From the NCBI GenBank assembly GCA_035553775.1, contig DATMJR010000306.1, positions 1 to 30,534 on the forward strand: a stretch of DNA of 30,534 bases, given 5' to 3'. This DNA comes from Miltoncostaeaceae bacterium. GTDB taxonomy: Bacteria; Actinomycetota; Thermoleophilia; Miltoncostaeales; Miltoncostaeaceae. This document shows positions 8,112 through 15,881 of the stretch, piece after piece. Numbering within the stretch: position 1 is the first letter of the stretch; each line of letters opens with the position of its first letter. The position numbers and the translations under genes are program-made. The notes beneath the pieces were generated by a model. The model worked only from the letters and a program-made list of their open reading frames with translations. It was not told the origin of the DNA and searched no databases.

Positions 8112-8617
8112 CAGCCGGCCGGGGACTCCTCGATGCGCACGCTGCGTACCCGCTGGTCCTCGCGGGGGCGGTCCCCTCGGGCGGTGGGGGTGGCCTCGAT
8201 CGCATCCACCGCCTCCATGCCCGCGACCACCTCGCCGAAGCCCGTGTGGGCTCCGTCCAGATGCGGCGTCGCGTCGGCGGTGACGATGAAGAACTGGCTG
8301 CCGTTGGTGTTCGGGCCGGCGTTGGCCATCGCCAGCGTCCCGCGCACGAGCGGCCGGGGGTTGATCTCGTCGGCGAACGTGTACCCCGGGCCGCCGCGGC
8401 CGGTGCCCTGGGGATCGCCGCCCTGGATCATGAAGCCGCGGATCACGCGGTGGAACACGGTGCCGTCGTAGAAGCCCTGCGCGGCCAGGCCGACGAAGTT
8501 GCCCACCGTCTGGGGCGCTGCGTCCGCCCACAGGCGGATGCGGATCTCACCCGCATCGGTGTCCAGGACGGCGGTGTAGGCGGTGCCGGGATCGGCGGGC
8601 GGCGGCAGGGTCGGCAT
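8111..8617 (-). CDS. ppiA: Cyclophilin-type peptidyl-prolyl cis-trans isomerase
   Basis: FYDGTVFHRVIRGFMIQGGDP, GGPGYTFADE, LAMANAGPNTNGSQFFI, HLDG.HT.FGEV. Confidence 0.95.
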   Translation of the reverse strand: MPTLPPPADPGTAYTAVLDTDAGEIRIRLWADAAPQTVGNFVGLAAQGFYDGTVFHRVIRGFMIQGGDPQGTGRGGPGYTFADEINPRPLVRGTLAMANAGPNTNGSQFFIVTADATPHLDGAHTGFGEVVAGMEAVDAIEATPTARGDRPREDQRVRSVRIEESPAG

Positions 8618-8716
8618 GCGGCGGGCTCCTGGCAGAGGGGTTCGGCCGGATCATCGCAGGGGCGCCCCGAAGATTCGCGGCGTGACGACCGGCCGCGCGA
8701 ACTCGACCGTCGGGGG

Positions 8717-8743
8717 GGTTTCATTTCCCCCGCCCGGGCGTAC
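8717..8743 (+). promoter_or_regulatory. Possible SigF/SigB-class promoter GGTTT-N16-GCGTAC upstream of the secreted-protein cassette
   Basis: One mismatch to the mycobacterial SigF consensus GGWWT-N16-17-GGGTAY; located 28 nt before the GTG at 8772. Confidence 0.3.
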
Positions 8744-8771
8744 AACGGCACTGTTGGAAGGACGGTGGCCC

Positions 8772-9800
8772 GTGGGTCGAGGGAGTGAGCGCGGACGTTT
8801 GCGGCGCGCCTGTGTGGCGGGCGCCGTTGCCGTGTTCGGCCTCATGCTCCCCGCCGGCGCCTTCGCGGCGCCCCTGGTGGCCACCGATGTCGTGTCCGAG
8901 ACGGCCCCGCCGGTCGTCGGCGACGCCGGCGCGCACGTCGTGCGCGCCGCGGCGCCCGCGCCACCCCTTGCGCCGCGCCCCGCCGCCCCGGTGGCGGAGC
9001 AGGTCACCCCCGTGGTCGCCCCGGTGGTGCGCACGGTCGCCCCGGTGGCCGATCGGGTGGCCCCGGTGGCGGAGCCCGTGGCGCGCACGGTGGCACCGGT
9101 GGCCCGGCCGGTGGTCGAGCAGGTCGTTCCGGTCGCCCGGCCGGTGGTCGACACCGTCGCCCCGGTCGCCGCGCCCGTGGCGCGCGCGGTGGCGCCCGTC
9201 GCCCGGCCGGTGGTCGACACCGTCGCCCCGGTCGCCGCGCCCTCGGGCGCGGCGCCGGCCCTCCGTCCGGCCGCCCGGGTCGTCACCCCGGTGACCGATC
9301 GACCGCCGCCCGTGGCCGCGCCGGCGGTCGCCGCCCCCATGGCGGGTACCGCGGCCGCGGAGCCGGCGCTGCCGGCACCCGCCGCCGCCGGGCGCGCGAC
9401 CGATGCCGCGCCACGGGCCTCGCGCGCAGGCCGCGCCCCGCCGCTCCCCGCCGCCCGCGTGACCCCGGCGGTGGCGTTGCCGCAGGCAGATGCGCGCCCC
9501 TCCGGTGGGTCGCCATTCGCGGGTGCGCCCGCTGCGGCGGATGCGGCGGACCTGTCGTCCGCCGCCGCGGCCCGCAACGCGTCCCCCGCGGTGCCCGCGC
9601 GCGGCCCCGATCCGCCGCCTGTGCCGGTCCCGGCCGGGTCGACGGGCGTCGCCGGACCGCCGGGGCTCTCGCTTCTCCTCTTCGCCGCCCTGGTGGGCCT
9701 GCTCGCGGTGTCCGCACCCGGGGGCTGGCGACGGGTCGTGCCCCTCGTCGTGGGACGTCCCCCTGCGGCGCTCGTGCTTCTGACGGAACGGCCTGGCTGA
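8772..9800 (+). CDS. Exported/membrane-anchored Pro-Ala-Val-rich repeat protein ending in a TM helix and ERPG
   Basis: GTG with GGAAGGA RBS; signal-like RLRRACVAGAVAVFGLMLPAGAFA; 11-mer repeats; C-terminal LSLLLFAALVGLLAV followed by RR...TERPG*. Confidence 0.65.
   Translation: MGRGSERGRLRRACVAGAVAVFGLMLPAGAFAAPLVATDVVSETAPPVVGDAGAHVVRAAAPAPPLAPRPAAPVAEQVTPVVAPVVRTVAPVADRVAPVAEPVARTVAPVARPVVEQVVPVARPVVDTVAPVAAPVARAVAPVARPVVDTVAPVAAPSGAAPALRPAARVVTPVTDRPPPVAAPAVAAPMAGTAAAEPALPAPAAAGRATDAAPRASRAGRAPPLPAARVTPAVALPQADARPSGGSPFAGAPAAADAADLSSAAAARNASPAVPARGPDPPPVPVPAGSTGVAGPPGLSLLLFAALVGLLAVSAPGGWRRVVPLVVGRPPAALVLLTERPG
9003..9243 (+). repeat. About 7 imperfect 33-nt (11-aa) tandem repeats, consensus VAPVARPVVDT
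   Basis: VTPVVAPVVRT / VAPVAEPVART / VAPVARPVVEQ / VVPVARPVVDT / VAPVAAPVARA / VAPVARPVVDT, with one shortened unit. Confidence 0.85.
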
Positions 9801-9882
9801 GTCCCCGCGGGGGCCCACGCCAGACGCCCGGCCGATCCCGGCCCGGGCGGTCATCCGTTCCGATCAGAGAGGTACCGACACC

Positions 9883-11166
9883 ATGAGGTTCCGCATCGTG
9901 GGCGCCTGCGTGATGGCGCTCGCCCTGGGCAGCGGCTCCGCGCTCGCCACCTCGGCCGGCCCGCCATCCGGCGGCAACTCGGCCAGCCAGTCCAACGCGA
10001 CCACCCAGGTCGTGCCCGTGGCCGTCTCGGCCCCGATCACCGCGCCGGTGAACGCCGCCGTGCCGATCGCCGTCGGCGGCTCCAACGGCGACACCACCCA
10101 GTCCAACGACACGGCCGTCGACGGTTCGGCCACCAACAACCGCACCACGCAGGTGGCCCTGCAGTCCTCCGGCGGTGACGCGAAGCACCACAAGGGCTCC
10201 GGCTCCGGCGGCAACTCGGCCAGCCAGTCCAACGCGACCACCCAGGTGGTGCCCGTGGCCGTCTCGGCCCCGATCACCGCGCCGGTGAACGCCGCCGTGC
10301 CGATCGCCGTGCTCGGCTCCAACGGCGACACCACCCAGTCCAGCGACACGGCCGTCGACGGTTCGGCGACCAACAACGCGACCGACCAGGTGATCGTCCA
10401 GGACGCCGGCAGCAACGGCTCCAACTCGGCCAGCCAGTCCAACGCGACCACCCAGGTGGTGCCCGTGGCCGTCGCGGCCCCGATCACCGCGCCGGTGAAC
10501 CTCGCCGTGCCGATCGCCGTGCTCGGCTCCAACGGCGACGTCACGCAGTCCAACGCGACCTACGTGGACGGCTCGGCGACCAACAACCGCACCGGCCAGA
10601 CGATCGTGCAGGCGACGCGTCCGCACGGTGGGAAGGGCTGCACCGACGCCGCCGGCGCCGGCAACAGCGCCAGCCAGTCCAACGCCACCACGCAGGTGCT
10701 GCCGATCGCCGTCGCGGCCCCGATCACCGCGCCGGTGAACCTCGCCGTGCCGATCGCCGTGCTCGGCTCCAACGGCGACGTCACGCAGTCCAACGCGACC
10801 TACGTGGACGGCTCGGCGACCAACAACGCGACCGACCAGGTGATCGTCCAGGGTGTCGGCGCCGACGACGGGCACAAGAACGGCACGGCCCTGTCGGCCC
10901 AGGACGACGGAACCGCCCCCTCCGGCGGCATCACGCAGTCCAACGAGACCTACGTGGACGGCTCGGCGACCAACAACCGCACCGAGCAGCTGATCGTGCA
11001 GGGCGCCGGCCTCAACTCGGCCTCGCAGTCGAACGCGACCACGCAGCTGATCCCGATCGCCCTGGCGCTGCCGATCACCGCGCCGGCCAACCTGGCCGCC
11101 CCGGTCGCCCTCGGCCTGCCCGCCCTGCCGACCCTGCCCCTGCCGGCCCTGCCCGTCGGGGTCTGA
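9883..11166 (+). CDS. Secreted N/Q/S/T-rich repeat protein with chaplin/curlin-like motifs (candidate functional amyloid)
   Basis: Signal peptide MRFRIVGACVMALALGSGSALA, RBS AGAGAGG, strong GC3 codon bias and 4 full plus 2 half repeats. Confidence 0.85.
   Translation: MRFRIVGACVMALALGSGSALATSAGPPSGGNSASQSNATTQVVPVAVSAPITAPVNAAVPIAVGGSNGDTTQSNDTAVDGSATNNRTTQVALQSSGGDAKHHKGSGSGGNSASQSNATTQVVPVAVSAPITAPVNAAVPIAVLGSNGDTTQSSDTAVDGSATNNATDQVIVQDAGSNGSNSASQSNATTQVVPVAVAAPITAPVNLAVPIAVLGSNGDVTQSNATYVDGSATNNRTGQTIVQATRPHGGKGCTDAAGAGNSASQSNATTQVLPIAVAAPITAPVNLAVPIAVLGSNGDVTQSNATYVDGSATNNATDQVIVQGVGADDGHKNGTALSAQDDGTAPSGGITQSNETYVDGSATNNRTEQLIVQGAGLNSASQSNATTQLIPIALALPITAPANLAAPVALGLPALPTLPLPALPVGV
9976..11115 (+). 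repeat. Intragenic 210-240 nt tandem repeats (NSASQSNATTQ...DGSATNN..Q)
   Basis: Units start at 9976, 10213, 10423, 10663 and 11014 (half unit). 10468-10587 is identical to 10708-10827. Confidence 0.92.
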
Positions 11167-11197
11167 CCACCACGCGGGTGCACTGATTCCGTCCACC

Positions 11198-11223
11198 GGG
11201 TGCGGGCCCTCGGGCCCGCACCC
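11198..11223. terminator. GC-rich hairpin between convergent genes (putative bidirectional terminator)
   Basis: Perfect 12-bp inverted repeat gggtgcgggccc-tc-gggcccgcaccc. Confidence 0.7.
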
Positions 11224-11287
11224 CGACCTTTGGGAGGCGCTCGGGAACGGTTCTTATGTCGCACACGGTCAGACGGAGCCCGTCCCC

Positions 11288-12772
11288 CTACGCGCCCTGC
11301 CCCTCCCGGAAGCCCGCGCCGAGCCGCTCGGCCAGCGCGATCACCGCCAGATGGGTGTTGGCCGAGGGCACCCGCGGGATGACCGACGCGTCCATGCACC
11401 ACAGCCCCCGCAGGCCCATCACGGCGCCGCGGGCGTCGACGACGGCCATGGGGTCGCCGGGGCGTCCCATGCGCAGGGTCCCGACCGGGTGGTGGAAGGT
11501 CTCGACCGTGCGCAGGGCGTGATCGGGGTCGTCCTGGTTCGGCCAGGGCCCCAGGACCTCGGCCAGGGGCGCGGTGCGCGCCAGCGCCATCAGCTCGCGG
11601 CCGGCGGCGACCGCCACGGCCCGGTCGTCGTCGCGCTCCAGCCAGCCCATCCGCAGGGTCGGCTGCAGGCGGGGGTCGCGACCCTGCAGCGCGACGCTCC
11701 CCGCGCGCCCGCGGGCGTCGGCGACCTGGATGTTGAGGTCGGTGAACCGGTGGCCGGCGCGGTCGACGCCCGCGTAGGGCATCACCTGGAACAGCCTCCC
11801 CTCGCCGCCCACCTCGGCCTCGGCGGTCAGCAGCACCTGGATCCACGGGTGCGGCCAGCTGGGCACGGGCGTGTCGATCCAGAACCGGTAGGAGATCTTG
11901 GGGTGGTCCTGCAGGCCCCGCCCCACCCCGGGCAGCTCGTGCACCAGCGGGATCCCGTGCGCGGCCAGCGCCTCGGGGGGTCCGACGCCGGAGCGCATCA
12001 GCAGCGCCGGTGAGCTGTAGGTGCCCAGGCAGGCGATCACGTGGTCGGCCTCCAGGACGAGGGAGTCGCCCGCGTCGGTGAGCGCCTCGACGGCCACCGC
12101 GCGCCCCTCGCGCACCCGCACCCGGTCGCAGGTCACCCCGGTCACCAGGCGCAGGTTGGGCCGCGCCAGCGCCGGGTCCAGGTGGGTGTCGGCCGGTGTG
12201 ACGCGGCGGCCGCCGACCATGTTGAAGGTCGCCGGCCCCACGCCCACCGCCCCGGGGGCGTTGTGGTCGTCGACCCAGGCGTGTCCGCGGGCCAGCGCCG
12301 CCTCGGCGAACCGCTCCAGCAGCGGGTACCACTCCTCGCGCGGGTAGCGGTTGATCGGGATCGGCCCCGCGTCGCCGTGCCATGGCCGGTCGCCGAACTG
12401 GCCGTCGCGCTCGATCGCGCGGAACCAGGGCAGCCAGGTGTCCCAGCCGTAGCCGTCCACGTGGACGTCCCACTCGTCGTAGTGGGCGGGCATGCCCCGC
12501 AGGGCGATGGTCGCGTTGGTGACCGACGACCCCCCCACCACCCGGCCGCGCGGCACGTGCACGAGCCGTGGCGAGGCGCCGGCCTGGGCGTGCCAGCCCC
12601 AGTCGTGGGTCTCGTTGATGATCCGGTAGGCGTGGGTCAGCTCAGGCGGCCACCGGCCCGGGGCGTAGTGGGGACCCGACTCCAGCAGCACGACCTCGGT
12701 GCCGGGGTCCTCCGACAGGCGGGCCGCCAGCACGCAGCCGGACGTGCCGGCCCCGCAGATCACGACGCGCAT
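11288..12772 (-). CDS. GMC family FAD oxidoreductase (choline dehydrogenase-like)
   Basis: ICGAGTSGCVLAARLSE, PRGRVVGGSSVTN, LLMRSGVGP, GVGRGLQDHP, FHHPVGTLRMG, DAS..P.VPSANT. Confidence 0.93.
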   Translation of the reverse strand: MRVVICGAGTSGCVLAARLSEDPGTEVVLLESGPHYAPGRWPPELTHAYRIINETHDWGWHAQAGASPRLVHVPRGRVVGGSSVTNATIALRGMPAHYDEWDVHVDGYGWDTWLPWFRAIERDGQFGDRPWHGDAGPIPINRYPREEWYPLLERFAEAALARGHAWVDDHNAPGAVGVGPATFNMVGGRRVTPADTHLDPALARPNLRLVTGVTCDRVRVREGRAVAVEALTDAGDSLVLEADHVIACLGTYSSPALLMRSGVGPPEALAAHGIPLVHELPGVGRGLQDHPKISYRFWIDTPVPSWPHPWIQVLLTAEAEVGGEGRLFQVMPYAGVDRAGHRFTDLNIQVADARGRAGSVALQGRDPRLQPTLRMGWLERDDDRAVAVAAGRELMALARTAPLAEVLGPWPNQDDPDHALRTVETFHHPVGTLRMGRPGDPMAVVDARGAVMGLRGLWCMDASVIPRVPSANTHLAVIALAERLGAGFREGQGA

Positions 12773-12794
12773 CGAATCCCGCCCGTCGCGGCCG

Positions 12795-13556
12795 TCAGCC
12801 GGCGGCCAGCCGCCCGCCGTCGACCAGCAGCACGTGTCCCGTGATGAACCCGGCCGCGTCGCTCAGCAGGAACAGGATCGGCCAGGCGGCCTCGTCGACG
12901 GTGCCGACCCGCCCCAGCGGGCTCTTGGCCACCAGCCGCTCGCGCAGCGCGGGGTTGGCCTGAAACAGCGCGTCGACCATCTCGGTGGCGATGGTGCCCG
13001 GCGCGACCGAGTTGACCAGCACCCCGGCCGGCCCGAGCTCGACCGCGAGCGTCCGGGTGAGCGCGTCCAGAGCCGCCTTGGAGGCGTTGTAGGGACCGAT
13101 GTTGGGCAGGCCTGTGAGCCCGGCGATCGAGCCGAGGTTGACGATCCGCCCCCCCGTCCCCTGGTCGGTCATCACCCGCGCCGCCCCGCGCGCGAAGGCC
13201 GCGGCGCCGAGCAGGTTGACCCGCAGCACCTCGTCCCACTCCGACAGCGGCGTCTCGGTCACCGGGTGGTAGAAGGGGTTGATCCCGGCGTTGTTGACCA
13301 GGCCCCACAGGGGGCCGAGCTCCTCGGCGGCGTCGAGCGCCGCGGCGACCGTGTCGGTGTCGCCGACGTCGCCGACCACCGTGCGCACCGGACCCGCCAG
13401 CTCGCCGGCGAGGGCGTCCAGGTCCCCCGGCGAGCGGGCGACCAGCACCAGGGCGGCGCCCAGGCGCGCGGCGTGGCGGGCGACGCCGGCGCCGATCCCG
13501 CGTGAGGCACCGGTGACGATGATCACGCGTCCGTCGAGTCGGTAGGGCTCGGTCAC
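12795..13556 (-). CDS. Short-chain dehydrogenase/reductase
   Basis: TGASRGIG, NNAG, NLGS, YNASK, VNSVAPG, FITG..LLVDGG. Confidence 0.93.
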   Translation of the reverse strand: MTEPYRLDGRVIIVTGASRGIGAGVARHAARLGAALVLVARSPGDLDALAGELAGPVRTVVGDVGDTDTVAAALDAAEELGPLWGLVNNAGINPFYHPVTETPLSEWDEVLRVNLLGAAAFARGAARVMTDQGTGGRIVNLGSIAGLTGLPNIGPYNASKAALDALTRTLAVELGPAGVLVNSVAPGTIATEMVDALFQANPALRERLVAKSPLGRVGTVDEAAWPILFLLSDAAGFITGHVLLVDGGRLAAG

Positions 13557-13565
13557 CGACGGGGG

Positions 13566-13593
13566 AGTCTAGCGTCCCACCCGCCGGTAGACT
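13566..13593. promoter_or_regulatory. Back-to-back TAGACT -10 elements of divergent promoters (SDR and acyl-CoA dehydrogenase)
   Basis: agtcta at 13566-13571 (TAGACT on the minus strand, 9 nt before the SDR GTG) and TAGACT at 13588-13593 on the plus strand. Confidence 0.5.
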
Positions 13594-13659
13594 GATCCCC
13601 GGTCACATGCGGTTTTCTCGAGTCGCGAAGGCGCCTGGTCGCCGTCTGGGGGGAGCTTG

Positions 13660-14808
13660 ATGGCAGGTCTCAGCTACGCATTCACCGAGGAGCAGGAGGA
13701 CCTGCGCGCGATGGTGCGCGAGTTCGCGCAGGCCGAGGTCCTCCCCCTGGTCGAAGAGGCGGAGCGGCACGAGAAGTTCCCGGTCGAGCTGATCCCGAAG
13801 CTCGGCGAGCTCGGGCTGCTCGGCATCGTGTTTCCGGAGGAGTACGGCGGCATCGGCGCCGACAAGGTGACCGAGTGCATCTTCGTGGAGGAGATGGCCA
13901 AGGTGTCCGCCGGCATCACCGCCTCGGTGAACGCCCACGCGGACCTGGCCGCCTTCCCCATCTACAAGTTCGGCACCGACGCCCAGAAGGAGCGCTACCT
14001 GCCGCGCTCGATCGCGGGCGAGATCATCGGGGCGTACGCGATCACCGAGCCCAACACGGGCTCCGACGCCGCCGGCCTGGCCACGCGCGCCGAGCGCCAG
14101 AACGGCGGCTACGTGATCAACGGCCGCAAGAACTTCATCACCAACGGCACCATCTGCGACTACTGCCTGGTGGCGGCCTACACCGACCGCTCCCGCCGCG
14201 GCGAGGGCATCAGCGTGTTCATCGTGGACCGCGACACCCCCGGCTTCGAGGTCACCCGCAAGCTGGAGAAGATGGGCCACCGCTCCTCCGACACCGCCGA
14301 GCTGGTGTTCGAGGACTGCCATGTGCCCGAGGAGGCGCTGCTCGGCGGCAAAGAGGGTGCGTTTGGGGCCCTGATGGAGGCGCTCATCACCGGCCGCGTC
14401 TCGCACGGGGTCAAGTCGGCCGCGATCGCCGAGGCGGCCTTCGAGGCCGCCCGCAAGTACGCGCTCGAGCGCGAGGCCTTCGGCCGGTCGCTCAGCAAGT
14501 TCCAGGCGATCCGCTTCAAGCTGGCCGACATGGCCACCCGGATCGAGGCGGCCAAGAGCCTCGCCTACAAGGCCGCATGGCTGTACTCGACGGGGCAGCC
14601 GTGCGTGAAGGAGGCCTCGATGGCCAAGTACTTCTCGGCCGAGGTCGCCGACTACGTCTGCCGCGAGGCCGTGCAGATCCACGGCGGCTACGGCTACATC
14701 GTCGAGTACCCGGTGGAGCGGTACTACCGCGACGCCAAGCTGGCCTCGATCACCGAGGGCACCAGCGAGATCCAGCAGCTGATCATCAGCCGCGAGATCG
14801 GTCTGTAG
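13660..14808 (+). CDS. Acyl-CoA dehydrogenase
   Basis: GAYAITEPNTGSD, YVINGRKNFITNG, KMG.RSSDTAELVFEDC, REAFGR..SKFQAI, AVQIHGGYGY, ITEGTSEIQ (catalytic Glu). ATG 13660 follows a GGGAG RBS; the track ORF starts at TTG 13657. Confidence 0.95.
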   Translation: MAGLSYAFTEEQEDLRAMVREFAQAEVLPLVEEAERHEKFPVELIPKLGELGLLGIVFPEEYGGIGADKVTECIFVEEMAKVSAGITASVNAHADLAAFPIYKFGTDAQKERYLPRSIAGEIIGAYAITEPNTGSDAAGLATRAERQNGGYVINGRKNFITNGTICDYCLVAAYTDRSRRGEGISVFIVDRDTPGFEVTRKLEKMGHRSSDTAELVFEDCHVPEEALLGGKEGAFGALMEALITGRVSHGVKSAAIAEAAFEAARKYALEREAFGRSLSKFQAIRFKLADMATRIEAAKSLAYKAAWLYSTGQPCVKEASMAKYFSAEVADYVCREAVQIHGGYGYIVEYPVERYYRDAKLASITEGTSEIQQLIISREIGL

Positions 14809-14817
14809 GACCGGCGC

Positions 14818-14848
14818 GGCGCCGCCCGGGGCAACCCCGGGCGGCGCC
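14818..14848. terminator. Hairpin between convergent genes
   Basis: Perfect 14-bp inverted repeat ggcgccgcccgggg-caa-ccccgggcggcgcc. Confidence 0.72.
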
Positions 14849-14853
14849 CCCTC

Positions 14854-15258
14854 CTACGCGGCGGCGCGGACCGCGCGCAACCGCGCGACGGCCCCCGCCA
14901 AGCCGGTGGCCGCCCGGGCAACCACACCGGGGGGCGCCGGGCGCGCGAGGGCCTGCTGCAGGCCGGCGACGCGCCGGGCGAGCTGGTCGCGCTCGGCCTG
15001 CACCCGGGCGAGCTCGGCGGCCGTGCGCTCGAGTCGCTCCCGCAGGGCGTCGGCGTCGGGGGCGGTGCTGCGCCGGCCCTGCAGGGCGGCGACCGCGTCG
15101 GGGTCGATCAGCGTGCGCTGGGAGCCGGCCGGGCCGACGGTGGTGCCGGCCAGCCGGCCGGACTTCAGGTAGCGCCAGACCGTCCGCTCCGACACGCCGA
15201 GCGCCTCGGCGGCCTGGGCGACGGTGAGGGGTGAGGTGAGGGTGGCATCCATGTCCAC
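14854..15258 (-). CDS. Xis/MerR-type helix-turn-helix protein with C-terminal coiled coil
   Basis: LTVAQAAEALGVSERTVWRYLKSGRL...GP......ID, then heptads LRERLERTAAELARVQAERDQLARRVAGL. ATG 15252 is an alternative start. Confidence 0.78.
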   Translation of the reverse strand: MDMDATLTSPLTVAQAAEALGVSERTVWRYLKSGRLAGTTVGPAGSQRTLIDPDAVAALQGRRSTAPDADALRERLERTAAELARVQAERDQLARRVAGLQQALARPAPPGVVARAATGLAGAVARLRAVRAAA

Positions 15259-15320
15259 CCGGTTCGCCGCGGGGCGTCCGACTCCTGGTCGGACGCCCGT
15301 GACACGGCGTCAGTTCGCCG

Positions 15321-15779
15321 TCAGCCCGCCTGTGGCGTGCGCTGGATCAGCATGTTCCACTGACCGCGCTGGACGACCTTGTCGTCCTGGTTCAGGACCT
15401 CGATCTCGTAGATGCACCACCCCTGGGCGGGGTTCTTGTGCTCGGACTTCTCGCCGATCACGCGACGCACGCGCACCGTGTCGCCGAAGAACACGGGGGC
15501 GCGGAAGGCCCACTCCTTGAGGCCCACGAACGCCGCGGTGGCGATCTTGGGCTCCATCTTCTCCACCTGCAGGCCGGTGGCGATCGAGGTCACCAGCATT
15601 CCGTGGGCGACCCGCTTGCCGAACACCGACTCCTTGGCCCGCACCTCGTCGATGTGGAACCAGTTGAAGTCGCCGGACACGCCGCAGAAGTTGACGACGT
15701 CGGCCTCGGTGATCGTGCGGTTCAGGGACACCGCCTCGTCGCCGGGGTTCAGCTCTTCCCAGTACAGACGCTCTGCCAC
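15321..15779 (-). CDS. MaoC-family (R)-specific enoyl-CoA hydratase/dehydratase
   Basis: RTITEADVVNF.GVSGDFNWFH.D, FGKRVAHG, F.APVF.GDT. Confidence 0.92.
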   Translation of the reverse strand: MAERLYWEELNPGDEAVSLNRTITEADVVNFCGVSGDFNWFHIDEVRAKESVFGKRVAHGMLVTSIATGLQVEKMEPKIATAAFVGLKEWAFRAPVFFGDTVRVRRVIGEKSEHKNPAQGWCIYEIEVLNQDDKVVQRGQWNMLIQRTPQAG

Positions 15780-15834
15780 TCGGCCTCCTTGTCGGACGGG
15801 TCGGATCGACCGCGGGCACGATACGGGAGCGTCG

Positions 15835-15867
15835 CGCGCCCCGGGGGCGGGTGCCCCCCGGGGCGCG
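15835..15867 (-). terminator. Hairpin downstream of the aminotransferase
   Basis: Perfect 13-bp inverted repeat cgcgccccggggg ... cccccggggcgcg with a 7-nt loop. Confidence 0.6.
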
Positions 15868-15881
15868 TCGCGCCGCGTGCG

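Noticed and set aside
9976-11115. Regularly spaced direct repeats as a possible CRISPR array
   Set aside because: Units are over 170 nt, in frame within a coding sequence, and there are no unique spacers of uniform length or cas genes.
9864-11196. Minus-strand repeat ORFs (9864..10553, 10560..10793, 9283..11196)
   Set aside because: They mirror the plus-strand repeat gene, which has the RBS, signal peptide and GC3 bias.
14854-15258. Excisionase indicating a prophage or ICE
   Set aside because: No integrase, tRNA, att repeats or phage genes are in the window.
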